Shown here piece by piece: positions 1 through 12,790 of a stretch of DNA of 64,000 bases. The stretch's first letter is position 1. Every line of letters starts with the position of its first letter. The notes beneath the pieces are model-generated. The model ran no database searches and was not told where the DNA came from. It was given only the letters and a program-made list of their open reading frames with translations. A program made the translations under genes and the position numbers. Source of the DNA: Podarcis filfolensis (Eukaryota); assembly GCA_964270895.1 (NCBI GenBank), contig OZ185439.1; one strand, written 5' to 3'.

Positions 1-199
1 CACAACATCCATATGCTGCACAGAGTCATACACAACAGCTCTCAACAAGGGGTATGAATCAGAGACACAAAGTGGCCTTGATGCAACAGGAAAAAAGCCT
101 GGGCGCAGCTTAAATAAACTGTAAGTCACACAGGTTACAATTATGGGAACTTTAAAGGTCAGGATAAAAATGCATACTGCTGAATGAGTAACTACTCAC

Positions 200-370
200 A
201 GTACATGGAGGCCTTGATTTCTCGCTGCTGTCTGAAGATCTGAATGCAACCACGGACTCTGATAGTATCACCAATTTCCAGTCTTGTTTTTTGGCGAACT
301 GCTACTTCGAGCTTTCTTATTTGTTCAGCTAGATCCAGGCCACTTGAGGTACTAGGATGAGGTCTAAAAT
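200..370 (-). CDS. STN1: STN1 (OBFC1) coding exon 4 of those visible (171 bp); gene continues beyond the left edge of the window
   Basis: Minus strand reads ttccccacag|AT TTT AGA...ATG TAC T|gtgagt. Translation (D)FRPHPSTSSGLDLAEQIRKLEVAVRQKTRLEIGDTIRVRGCIQIFRQQREIKASMY matches the recalled STN1 OB-fold segment KTKIEIGDTIRVRG. Phase 1 at both ends fits the upstream exon. Confidence 0.95.
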
Positions 371-649
371 CTGTGGGGAAAGAAACATTCACTACATTTG
401 GAATGGAAAAGCAAAGTAGATTTTCCCAAATATCATGACTGATGTCATCCAATATACCATGTATGTTAAAAGACCACTTCATAGGCAGTATTACAGCTGC
501 CAACACACACTGTCTTCTCCCCTTAGAAACTGCCATCCTCCAAAAAATTAGTTGTGTAGATATAACATTAAACAGCACAATTAATGGAAGAAAACACAGA
601 GTTGGAGAGATGGGAAAAAATAAAAGGAGACACTGAAATTCTGCTTGAC

Positions 650-788
650 CAGCCTTCCCAAACCTGGTGCCCTCTAAATGTTGTTGGGGCTACAACTTCA
701 ATGATTCCTTAATTCTGGCCATGCTGACTGGGGCTGATGGGAGTTGTAGTCCAACAATACCTGGAAGGCACCAGGCTGGGGAAAGCTC
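650..788. mobile_element. Palindromic hAT-type MITE
   Basis: Long inverted arms AGCCTTCCCAAACCTGGTGCC / GGCACCAGGCTGGGGAAAGCT with a GGGAGTTGTAGTCC core. Flanks TGCTTGAC / CTCTTGAC. Confidence 0.7.
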
Positions 789-2716
789 CTCTTGACTAAG
801 ACTGTGACTCAACAGAATGAGACATGATTAATATATATATTCATTATTCAAATATAAGTAGAAAGCAGTATTTTTGTCAGACTTGCTTCCTGAAATGTTA
901 ACCTCTTTTAAAAGTACAAATGTGTGTTAAGTTTGCTGTGATGGTGTGTTCCAAAACTTGGAGTATTTCTACCAAATGCATGTATGTAATATGAATAATA
1001 AGTGTTTAATATAGCTGGCAGTATTTTCAAATCTATCTTGTTCACTACAGCTGACTGATGAATGCAGGAAATGTTCCTTTTAATTTTACTAGCTGTAATA
1101 ATGTACCTCCTTCCTCACAGAAAAACCATGTATATTTAATATCCAATACTGTCCTTAAACATTAAATGCACCTGATGAATATAACTTTGCTCATGCCACA
1201 AAACACTTAATAATTTTTAAAGTGCCATCAGACTGTGGCTTAGCCTACAACAGATAAACAGTGCTAATCTTCTGAAGTTCAAAATTGAATAAAAAGTAAA
1301 CCCAAGTTCAAAATAAAAAGCAAACCTCACCAGCAAACCTCACTCTTAATAAAAAGGAAACTTAATATCATTAGAAGTAAAACAAAAGCTGCCTCTTTGA
1401 GCCTGCCAAGATACAAATGCACTTTGACAGAACTTCAAGTTTATTGGCTCACCAATAAGTTTTTGATCCAGGGCAGCATAAACTTTAATTGCAGCCATCT
1501 GGAAAAGTTGTCTGCTGTGAACAAATTCTCAGAAAAAAGCAGGCTACTAAATATTCTGTGTTCCTTTTCAGGACTTGAATTCTTCTTATAGTTTAGAGCT
1601 AAGCCAATACAGAAAAGACTTCTTCATTAAATATTATCAGTTTTTCCTGGCATAACTGAGTAGCTTTTTCCAGACAGATAGCCATGTTCAACTGTGACAT
1701 CAAACACAATAAGAGTCTTGTGGCACCTTAAAAATTATTTAATTATGCCATAATGAGCTTGTCTGTCTTTAAGATGTGTCAAGAATTGAGCAGAGCTTCA
1801 GGTTTCAGGGTTCTTAGCTATCATCTGGATTTAGTGTTGACAATCTGACCTCAACTATATTATTAATAAAGCTTTTCTCCAGCTACTTTCAGAGAATCAA
1901 TAGACCACAAAAGGCCTGGAACATTTATTTAACATTATTCTCTGCACCCTGAAAGCAATATACTACTGCCTATTTTTAATTATGCAGTAGTAATGACTGT
2001 ATAATTGACAGTAGGGAGTGAACCAAGAATAAAACAAGCAAAGGCCAGCAACTGAGTTAAAAACAGCTGATTCCTAAGATGAAGTCTCTAGCTGATTATA
2101 TCCTAGTACATTTTTTTAAAAAAAAAATTGTGGCCTGTTTACTCTTCAATCCACTGAAATAGGGAGGTGGGAAGCAAAGAGGAAGGAACAGAAGTCTGGC
2201 TATGTTATGTGGCAGGTATCTGTGGGTAAGAAGAAAAAGTCATCTGCACTGAAACATGGGAAACATGAGACATTCACATTTTTAAAATCAACTGTTCAGA
2301 ACAGGATATAAGATGTGTAAGAGAAAATAGTATCTCTGCAAATCAAAATATATGCAAAATGTTAAGAGGCTATCTTGAATTCAACAAGCTAACAGATCTC
2401 AGATCATTTAGCTCCTATCGGAAAACACTCCTTTAATTTAGCTCTAATTGGAAAACATCACTTTAAACAAAATGGAAAAGTTGCATTGGAAACTACAGTA
2501 AGAAGGCTCTTCAAGCCAAGTGTCCTGAACTGAAACAACAGACCCATCTGTTATGAATGAATGGACCTCAGCACTGCTCTTTTATCAAGTCACTGTAAAA
2601 CAATATAAAAATGTACAGGGAAATGGTGCAAACACCTGAAAATAACCCTCACTAATAAAGTATAGAATATATTCTGAAAAAGCTAAAAGGAAAGCAGATA
2701 CGAAGTGGAAAGTTAC

Positions 2717-2788
2717 CTGACAAAGATTTCTGCTGTGCCAAAGGGTTTTTCCAGCAGGTGCAGCTTATAACTCCTGTGCCGTCATCCA
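2717..2788 (-). CDS. STN1: STN1 coding exon 3 (72 bp)
   Basis: ctgtctag|TG GAT GAC GGC ACA GGA...TCA G|gtaact. Translates (V)DDGTGVISCTCWKNPLAQQKSLS, matching the STN1 VDDSTGVINCICWK motif. Phases are consistent. Confidence 0.95.
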
Positions 2789-4715
2789 CTAGACAGTAGG
2801 ATAGCAATTTTAATCAGTTTGGTGGGAGTTTATAGAACACACACCACAAACATTTTTGCTTAGCAACAGCCTTTTTGTTTGTACCAGAGAAGCAAAATCT
2901 TTCTCAAAGCTCTCCCATCCATTTTACCTGTGCCAATTTCCTGCTGCAGCAAATCAACAGACTAAATGTGACTGACAAACTAGTCAAAAGTCAAAAACAC
3001 AGCATAACTCATTTTCTGAAATTTTCCCCTACAGCAATTTTTTTCCTAGTGGTGTTGAGGGAATAGTCTGGATAGTGAAAAGATGGAGATGAGGGTCAAA
3101 GACAGACAGACACACTTTCTGCGACTAAGCTGGGTTATGGGGGTGTGAAGGAAAGAGGAAAATGACTGTTCCATGGACTACTGTTGTAGAGGCTGGACAG
3201 GCTACCTTCCCTATGTTGGATTAACGCTATTGGCAATCTATCTTAATGATATATAAAGAGGCAGGTTTTTATTTTTAACAGTGCCTAACACACTCCCAAC
3301 CCTTTCTATACCACTGACTGCACAAATGCATATGCTATGTAAATGATCTTTCCTGAAACATCTAACATTTGTCTCCTGAAATTGATATAAGGGCAAGAAT
3401 GCTTGCTATTTGATACATACACTGTTGACCAGGGACAGCACAACTTCTGGTATTCGCTGCAGCTTGAACTGAGATCACCAAGGGAGGATGAACGAAGGCA
3501 GAAAAGGCCTTAGATATCCTCACAGTGAGTTGTCAACTTTTGGTACCAGATATTCACAAGGAGCTGGTCATTCATAAATTCTATCCAAGCCCCTCTGCCA
3601 CATTTGGGAGACTTCTCGCATTATTGACCTACATGCTTGTCATTTTCCTTTTAAGTCCTTTCAGCAACAGGATACTCAGTCTGAGGGACCACTGGCCTTA
3701 CTTAAGAGAGTTTAAGAGAGTATAAAACAAGCAGCCCCTTTTAAGTATGTAAGTGTAAACAAATTCCCGTTTTCCAGTGCAGAAACAAGACAACAATCCA
3801 CATTTCTTCCTTTATGCAGCTTTGCCTCTCAAAAAGGAGTGTATCATGCCTCTCTAAACTCAAGCACGTATCCAGCTGATGCAATACTAGCCAATTAGAT
3901 CCCCAGCTGGCAGAGCCTCGCTTTTGAACTGGAAAATGCAAATGGAAGTTACGATTTATTTTGGGCAAGTCAGCCTGACTGCAGCTGAGAGAAGGTCAGG
4001 GAGGGGCAGCTTGGCAAGATGCCCAAGAATGAAACTGGGAACAGTTTGAACATGAGGAGAAAGACAACCATAGACGCAAGGAGGGTAGTCCTTCTCCTAA
4101 GTTCACTGGTGTGAACTTGGAAAGAGTTGGCAGTGAAGGGAGGGGTGGCTGAGGAAAGCATAGCCTCTGTCTTTGTACCAAAGAACCGTACAAGACAATC
4201 ATGCTAAGAACTACACCAGCATTTCTTACCAGGAACAGAAAATTATGCACCTAGCATCTCACTCTCTGCGCTGGGACATTCAAAAGGCTATACCATTGTT
4301 AGCATGCTCTTGGAACCCCATCTATCTCTCTCATTACCACCATCTGTCCCGGCCAAGGTTGTGGAAGTTGTCAATGAAAGTGAACATTCCCACTGAAGGA
4401 ACAGTTTCACAGCTTGGGGCATTCCTAAAGCGTCTTACAGGATGCAGCAGTGGCCAGGGGTACTTTCTGCCAACTCTCGTCTGGTTCCCCCGTTTTGCCA
4501 TTTAGTGAAGCAATCAGACCTTCCCTCAACCCTATATACCTTGGTCTCTTCCAGATTGGGGTGCATGGGGTTCTCCCCTTGCAGACTGATCAGAAACCTC
4601 CAGCTGGTTGTTGTTGTTGCTATACCATATATAAAAGCAAACCTAATTTAAGAAGGCAGTAAAGGCTAATGAGAATGGAGAAATTTAAGAGCTAGCAGGA
4701 ATAAGAATTTCTTAC

Positions 4716-4811
4716 CTCCATAAGTATAATAGGCATCTCGTTCTTTGATCAGAACCACAGTTCCAAGAATATCCACCTGCCTTACTGGATGCCTGTTGTA
4801 AAAGAATATAC
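4716..4811 (-). CDS. STN1: STN1 coding exon 2 (96 bp)
   Basis: ctttcatag|GT ATA TTC...GGA G|gtaag. Translates (G)IFFYNRHPVRQVDILGTVVLIKERDAYYTYG, the STN1 OB-fold N-terminal motif. Confidence 0.95.
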
Positions 4812-6426
4812 CTATGAAAGGAGGAGATCATTATTGATACATAAGGTACATATAGTCTTATTTCAGCGAAGTAAAGAAGGAGAATAGACTGAGGTGATGC
4901 CTGGCTTATAAATTCTAATGCCTGCCTGTTTGCTATAGGGCTAGAAAGCCCCATGCACCTTCCCTAACGCCTCTTCCAGGAAAAACCACTCAAGGCTTCT
5001 TAGGAAAGGGGTGTGTGACAAATTTGCCCCCCACTAGGTTGGGAGTGGCATTCTGACATTTGGCCAAAAGTGTCAATACAACATTATAATATGTCAACAA
5101 AGCAACAAGTTGTAAGAGGTATTCATCATGCCAGTTAATGATTAAAGGCAGTACCAGTAATTATTTTCAGTTTATTTAAAAAGGCCATGCCCCACTTTCT
5201 CAGACTTTGCAACCAGTAGGCTGAGAAATGATGCTGTAGGAGTCTCAGGAACCAGCATGGAGATTTTAACTACCAAAGGGTGAAACAGATGAAGAGTTTA
5301 CTAAGGGAAACTGGAGTTTGCCAAGCAAACAAGAAATGTCAGTTTTAATAAATGAGGGTAGGTAAGGTCTGTAAGGAACATGCTGAGGAATGTTCAGCCA
5401 TGGCTTTTAATTCAACATCTTTTAAAGGAAAAGACATTTTCTAAACAGCCTTTTGTTAAATTCTTTGGTTTCTGCATATCACAATTCACCACACCTTTTC
5501 CCTTAAGCATTTTTGGAAGCAATATGCTCGGTCTTGATTTCCAGTTCTGTTTAACAAATATTGCCTATTTATCTCTTTCAAGGTAGCTTGGGACTGATCT
5601 TTTAGTTGCTTTTTATTATTCATGAAAATCTTACATTCTTGCATAAAGGAATAGTTGATGAGTCTTAAATTGGATCAGACTAAGCAAAAATAATGGTAAA
5701 AAATTATAGCTGTTTCCAGCCAGGGCAGTTTGTCTGGTCAAGCTGCCCTGGTAATAATCATGTGAGAGATGAGCTGACAAGTAGTGGAAAAAGAGCTCTG
5801 GTTGAAGTACAGTGCGAGTATGGTTATGTTACTAGGGATATAGACTGAGGCGCAGCTCCGAGTCACCAGCTGCAAGCTCATCGAGGCTGTTGGGATCCTT
5901 CTGACACTCCCTCAGCGCCTTTTTCACGACCTCTCCCTCCTGTCTGCAGCTAGTTGTACTAGTATAGCCACTTTGAGAGATAAGCCTGATGGGTCACTCC
6001 CTCCCAATGACATACTGATAATTCCAGGGACTGAATTTCTCCCCTCTTCTTTCCCCAATCCAATGGCTTCATGCTACATGGGATGGGGTGGAGGCAGATT
6101 CAAGCATATCCATAAGAGAAGGGGCACTCCTCTTGATGGTGGTACACATTGCATCCACCATTCTATTCCCTATCCTGCTGGGCAAGGTAAGGTGGCAGAT
6201 CAAGGCCAGGAAACTCAAGAAAAGGTTGGATTTATTGAGGAACTTGGAATATACAGATTATCTCATTTTCTTTTGCTGTTTTATCTATCCTCAGAGCTTC
6301 TTTCAGGCACAGAAGGGAGAGAAAAGTTTTTATCTGAAGCCAGATTGTCAGAACATAGCACAGTAATGCTAGGCTTTTCATTAAAACCAGTGATGTTATA
6401 CATATCATAGCAATCTCATAACTCAC

Positions 6427-6559
6427 CTGGAACCTGCTTTGATTCTTTCATTTCTTGTACGTCTTTAATGTACAGTCTTGCAAAAGCAGAAAAGATAGGA
6501 TCCAGTCCCCATAACAATGAAGGAACCTCTTCTTCTGATTCTGTGGCTGCAGTGAACAT
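6427..6559 (-). CDS. STN1: STN1 first coding exon, CDS part (133 bp, ATG at 6559)
   Basis: [44 protein letters not shown](G)|gtgagt. The PSLLWGLDP...FAKLYI motif is the STN1 N-terminus. Confidence 0.95.
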
Positions 6560-6636
6560 TCAGAAGTGAACGACGTGGCTCCAAGACCATGTATCAACCC
6601 AAGACAGGCAGAGCTTCTGACCAAATGTTTGCAAGT
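6560..6636 (-). other. STN1: STN1 5'UTR portion of the first coding exon
   Basis: Acceptor atttccccccacag (AG at 6638-6637) lies 77 nt upstream of the ATG, which implies an upstream non-coding exon. Confidence 0.7.
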
Positions 6637-8899
6637 CTGTGGGGGGAAATGTGTGTAACATAAACATTATGCTAGCTTGATTAGTTTTTATTATAATGCC
6701 TAGTTTTAAGATTTTAATTGTTGATGGTATGACAGGATTAGAAAGAGTGCTAACTGCTCCATTCATTTTATGTAGCACCTAGCCTCTGCTAAAAGGAAAG
6801 CAACAAATGCTTGAGTTCATTCCTTCTGGATACAGGAAAATAGAGATGTAGTCCGAGATCAGCAATGAGGGTCAAGCAACCTGCAATGTTACCTCAAATA
6901 AGCTTATCACAAGAGGCAGAATTTAGGCAAGGACTACAGACCGGTCACAGAATGCTTTGTACCCCACTGTCCAAAACTTTTCATCAATTTATAGTTGCCA
7001 TCTTCCTTGCTGACAAAATTACACTATTAGTAACAATCAGGAATACAACGTCAGTTATTACACAATGACTAGTTTCATTATCTCCAGTGTTTTCCCTTAA
7101 TTAGTTCCATCCCTGGCATTGCACTCAATGCGTTACGCAATCCTGCTGTGACCTGCTGGAAAAGCAGGCATGGCTTGTGCTTGTTTTCTTTTCAAACAAA
7201 AGATTTGCTACTTGTTTATATTTGAAGCTATCAAAAGAAACATATATGAAATGCAGATCTGGGAGTATCATTTCCCCCATTCCATCTTCACAGTCTTTAG
7301 ATCTTACTTAGTTTGAAATTTTGAGTGAATACTTGAGATGACAGTGGTATACTGTATAAACATATTACCTGTCAAATCTCAGCAATGAATTTACACAGGA
7401 TATGAACGGTAGAAACACTGTTGTTGAATGAATGGGTTGCATACAACTGAGGCATACTCAAGAGTAGTTCCATTTTTATCAATGGAATTTAGTCAAGTTC
7501 TTTAATTTCAATTGGTCTACTTGGAGTATGATTCGGTTGGCTACATTATGGTTTTTAAAACTGTTATTTCTACCTGCCTTGAACTGTATGAGGCTTCTTG
7601 CACTTAAAACCGAAATAAATTTTCCCAATAATTAATTTGAAACACAATGTAAAAATGAGGATCATTTTGCAACGCAAAACAATGTGAATGAAACTTTGTT
7701 GTTTAAAGCCATAGGCCACCACAATGTGACATTTATTTTTAAAGAAAATATTTAGCAACCTTGAAACACTATTTCCATAGTTCATGTCATCTGTAAATTC
7801 ACTGTCATGAGTGAATGAAAGCAAAGAAAATGCAGTTGCTAATGTCTGATTATGGTTCTATCTACATTGAACTATGCATTTTGATCAATGAAGCATTAGC
7901 TGTGACTCTACAAAGCACACAAGTTTCTAAAACAAATGGATTGTTTTGTCTTTAGGTTTACTTCCAAAAAGAATGATGGTGATGTTGGTGATAAGAGGCC
8001 AACCATAACATGTCCTTGCAGTCATGAAAACAGTCAAAACTGCTACCATTCAATTACTACTAACCACAAACTAGGCACAGTAGCTGTGCTAGGCTTCTAT
8101 AACATCAGACAATAAGGAGACTTGTTGCACCTTAACAACAAAGCAGATTTGCTATCTAAGAGTTAGGCAGGAAAAGTGTTTGGAGTGATAAAGAGGGTAG
8201 AAATTGTGGCACATATTTGATTTTGCAGTTTAATACCAAAAAGTTAGATGCATTAAAAGAAATAGTGGTTCTTCCTACACATTTCCCATCTTTATTTTCT
8301 GAATTCTTAACTGGACTGGAAGTATCTGACAAGGGCTGTTCACCAGGGGGCTGTTCCTTTTGCTAAGTGAGAATGCTTGCAACTTATAAGGTCTGTGCAG
8401 CTTGACTTTTTCAGCTAGGGGAGGAATTCAATAATGACCTACATAGATCCTACTATGCATGTATTAGCAGCAGCAATTAGGCATTATTGAGGACAAAGGG
8501 ATAATAAAGTAGCCTTAAATCCACTAAAGCTTTGAGAACTTTGTATGATTAACAGTCTTATGACTAGATTAATAGAGAACAGTTCTGCATAGTCAGAAAA
8601 TCACAGTGCAATGCATAAATACATAACTCTAGGTTAAGAAACGAATTTGCTGAAAGAAAACTAAAAGAATATGAATGTGGTGTATAGATCCAACTGTCTT
8701 TCCACCTACTGAGCATGGTTAATAAATTAGCCATGTGTATATATTAGGAAAGGGAAGATATGAACAGATTACGCATAGGAAAGAGATAGAATAAAAGGTG
8801 TAAGGAAAATAAAAGAATCAGAGTGAAACGAGGAAGCGAGTTGGGACAAAAAAATGGGGAGAATAAGCAAAAGAGCAGATAGTAAAAGACAAAAATAAA

Positions 8900-9290
8900 A
8901 TAAAATAGGAACCCAGATGGATCAGACTCAAAGATTAATCTAGTCCAGTATCCTGTTATCACAATGTCCAGCCAGAAACCTATGGGAAGCCTACAATCAG
9001 GGCCTAAATGCAACAGTACTCTCCACTTGTGATTCCTATCCATCAGTAGTGGTAGAGCACGGTCATCTTGGCTTGTAGCCAACAACAGCTTTAGCTTTAT
9101 CCTCCATGAATCTGCCTTTCAAGCCAACCAAACTGGGTTCTATCATACTGCGGGAGCTAATTCCATAGTTTATGCCCTGGTGAAATTCTTTCTTTTGTCT
9201 GCCCTGGCTCTTCCACCATTCAGCTTCTGCTATAATGCAGGTACAGAACAGGATAAAAACTTCTCCCTACCCTACTTTCTCCACACCATG
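8900..9290 (-). mobile_element. Old CR1 3' end
   Basis: GATGGATCAGACTCAAAG...CTAGTCCAGTATCCTG...GGAAGCC pattern typical of a CR1 3'UTR. Confidence 0.55.
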
Positions 9291-9304
9291 CATTTATTTA
9301 TATA

Positions 9305-9667
9305 AAGGTAAAGGTACCCCTGCCCGTATGGGCCAGTCGTGACCGACTCTAGGGTTGCGCGCTCATCTCGCTCAAGAGGCCGGGAGCCGGCGCCGTCCAA
9401 AGACACTTCCGGGTCACGTGGCCAGCGTGACGAAGCTGCAACTGGCGAGCCAGCACCAGTGCCGCACACGGAAACGCCGTTTACCTTCCCGCTATAAAGC
9501 AGTACCTATTTATCTACTTGCACTTAGGGGTGCTTTCAAACTGCTAGGTGGGCAGGAGCTGGGACCGAACGACGGGAGCTCACCCCACCGCGGGGATTCG
9601 AACCGCCGACCTTACGATCAGCAAGTCCTGGGCACTGAGGTTTTACCCACAGCGCCACCCGCGTCCC
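9305..9667 (-). mobile_element. Full-length Sauria-type (tRNA-derived) SINE
   Basis: Reverse complement starts GGGACGCGGGTGGCGCTGTGG (A box) and contains GGTTCGAATCC (B box), ending in an ACCTTT-repeat tail. Flanking direct repeat ATTTATTTATATA on both sides. Confidence 0.9.
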
Positions 9668-11215
9668 TATTTATTTATATACATCTCACTTTTTTTCTAA
9701 CATAAAAAGTCCCCAATGATGTTATCTTTCCTCATAAGGGAGTTGCTATATCCTAGTATATATCTATATCTAGTTCTTTAGTCTGTGAAAATGCAAAGGT
9801 TTAAGGACGTGGGAACTGTCACATCCCCCATCAAGCCCAGTTAATAAATAGTGATAACCTTGCTGGCTCAAGTGGATGTGAGGAAAAACTCTATGATGAA
9901 CTATGGACTGTGTACATATGTCAAACCTTATTTTCTCATACGTCTCTCAAAACAGAGACAGACAGGAACAACAAGGTCAGTTTTGTGTTTTACTGCCTCC
10001 AAATAGATACCTCCAAGAACAGAAAGAAGTTAACTGCTTGCATTCCAGGACAAACATGAGATTGGTTGCTAGAAGAAATAGTGGTAGGCTAACTTTTTCA
10101 TGGGAAAGGAGGACTATCTTGACTGAAGGAACAGATTTGCCTCTAAAGTTTTCACCTATAGGATTTTCAAGAGAATGAAAATATTAGGGAATTATTAAAT
10201 AATGTTTATGATTCTTTTATTATTCATATACCCTTATATTAACGTGCTTTATACATTATAACCTTTATATACTTTATAATCTAGAAACTTTATATGCTTT
10301 ATAACCTATTTTTGTATGTAATCAATAACTTAAAAATATAGGAATAACAAGTAAAAGAGTCTGGACAACTAACCTTATTTGAAGGTGGTCCATTCTAACA
10401 GGGGAATCTATGAATTCCAAATTCCAGGGGCGGTATTTCAGGGGTTGCATTTTGTTTTTTGGAACACAGGATAATCAGCTTAGCTGATAAAATCTCTGCT
10501 CAGACATGATTCTGATAACACAATAAAACATTTCTTTTCAATGCAATGCTGTAATGGAAAAGATTCTGCTTTTCAAATACTTAGAGACTTGCTATCAGGA
10601 AAACAGGAAAATAGTTGTTTATTACCAACTCTTGTTTTATAACATAATACCATAGCAATGATTTGATCCTATATTGCTGGTAATATCTATATTAAAGTTA
10701 GAGAAAATAGTATTTTCAAGGTGTAAGTATGCAACTGTGAAACTGCCTTCTTAACTGTTGGACCCGCTATTGGTCTTGTCTGCTCAGTCCACAGGAACCT
10801 GTCTTCGCATGCAGATGATAGACAAGTTCCTAACTTACTCAGGGTTTAAGACCCATTAGCTACCCTCACCTGGTTCAGCCAACCAATCAAAGCCCTTATT
10901 ACAACAGCAGTGGTATAATTGGTCAAACTTCACAAATCATGATATTGCAAGTGGTTCTCTGGCACTTTTCACTGGAGGATTAGGGAGCACTTTCATTTGG
11001 GCAACCAAGATTTAAAGCAAACACTTTAGCTAAACTGGGGGGGGGTATTAATTGACCAAGTGGCACTTACTACAAGTAAAAATCCCATATAGGTGGAAGC
11101 CACCTTGTTCCTGCTGGAAAATAGGTTCTTGGTTGCCCATCAAGGTTTGATGTTATCTGTTGTGCCTGTCTTCTGCATACTGTGTGGATGATAGTGGGTC
11201 CTCCTGTGGGTGAAG

Positions 11216-11217
<2 letters not shown>

Positions 11218-11246
<29 letters not shown>

Positions 11247-12790
11247 TTTATTTATACCCCGCCCTCCCCAGCCAAGGCCGGGCTCAGAGCGGCTTACAAG
11301 CAATAATAAAAACAAGTTAAATGATTACAACTTAAAAACAAAATTAAAAAATACAACATTAAAATATTGAAACATTAAAATATTAAAATGTAGCCTCATC
11401 GCAGAGGGAGAAGGAAAAGAAAAAAGAAAGAGAGGGAGGGAATCAAATTGGCTCCAAGCCAAAGGCCAGGCGGAACAACTCTGTCTTACAGGCCCTGCGG
11501 AAAGAAATCAGATCCTGCAGGGCCCTGGTCTCGTGAGGCAGAGCGTTCCACCAGACCGGAGCCAGAGTTGAAAATGCCCTGGCTCTGGTTGAAGCCAATC
11601 TAACTTCCTTAGGGCCCAGGACCACAAGGGTGTTGCTATTTATGGACCTTGAGGCTCTCCGTGGGGCATACCAGGAGAGGCGGTCCCGTAGGTACGAGGG
11701 TCCTAGGCCGTGAAGGGCTTTAAAGGTCAAAAGCAGCACCTTAAATCTGATCCTGTACTCCACCGGGAGCCAGTGCAGCTTGAAAAGCACTGGGTGAATA
11801 TGCTCCCATGGCAGAGACTCCGTGAGGAGTCTCGCTGCAGCATTCTGCACCCACTGTAGTTTCTGGGACAGCTTCAAGGGCAGCCCCGCGTAGAGCGAAT
11901 TACAGTAGTCAAGCCTGGAGATGACCATTGCATGGATCACTGTGGCCAGGTCGGGGCGGGAAAGGTAAGGGACCAACTGCTTAATGCGGTGAAGGTGGAA
12001 AAATGTCGTCTTGGCTGTTGCTGTAACTTGCACCTCCATGGAAAGGGAGGCGTCAAGGATTACACCCAAACTCTTAACGGAAGGCAATGGCACTAATTGG
12101 GCCCCCGCAAAAGAAGGGAGTTGGTCCCTCATCCCCATGCCATCCCGACCCAGGCATAGGACCTCTGTCTTCGAAGGATTTAGTTTCAATCGGCTCCCAC
12201 GAAACCATCCAGCCACAGCTTCCAAGCATCTGGTCAGTGTGTTCAGGGCCGAGTCGGTGTGGCCATCCATCAGCAGATAGAGCTGAGTGTCATCAGCATA
12301 TTGGTGACAGCCCAGCCCAAAGCTCCGGATAATCTGGGCAAGGGGGCGCATAAAGATGTTAAAAAGCATTGGGGAGAGGATTGCGCCCTGCAGCACTCCA
12401 CACACCAAGGAGTGGCGCGACGACATTTCCCTCCCTAGTGCCACCCTCTGTCCCCGACCAGAGATAAAAGAGCACAGCCAGTTACGGGCTATGCCCTGTA
12501 TCCCCACGTCTGCGAGGCGGTGGTCCAGAAGATCATGATCAACCATGTCAAAGGCTGCTGACAAATCTAAAAGGATCACCAGTCCTGACCCGCCTCGATC
12601 CAGCTGTCTACGGAGACCGTCTGTTAGGGCAACCAGAGCCGTCTCGGTCCCAAAACCAGGACGGAAACCGGACTGAAATGGATCTAAAGCCGATGTTTCC
12701 TCCAGAAACCTACCAAGCTGTTCAGCAACCGCTCTCTCAATTACCTTACCCAGATATGGAAGATTTGAAACTGGGCGGTAATTGGATAGG
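11218..12790 (-). mobile_element. 5'-truncated L2-clade LINE with intact RT C-terminal frame
   Basis: Stop-free frame 12789-11443 (448 codons): NYRPVSNL..., LLDLSAAFD, QGAILSP, YADD, LNPSKTE, SRLDYCNSL, LHWLPV. Followed by a ~225 nt 3'UTR and an (ATT)n tail. Confidence 0.95.

Noticed and set aside
371-578. N-terminal part of the 128-aa ORF at 192-578
   Set aside because: Lies upstream of the splice acceptor at 372-371, so it is intronic read-through and not STN1 protein.
4120-4240. Possible KRAB-A remnant (QRT-YKTIML-NYTSISYQ)
   Set aside because: Needs two frameshifts in ~20 codons, the KRAB N-terminal half is not recognisable, and no zinc fingers lie nearby. An HMM search of all frames would settle it.
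9590-9667. tRNA-like A/B-box sequences (also at ~30875 and ~42385)
   Set aside because: These are heads of tRNA-derived SINEs followed by SINE body and tail, not tRNA genes.
11218-11246. (TAA)n and (TTA)n arrays (also 19217-19262) as independent repeats or CRISPR-like structure
   Set aside because: They are simple-repeat tails of L2 elements. There is no repeat-spacer array anywhere in this eukaryotic window.
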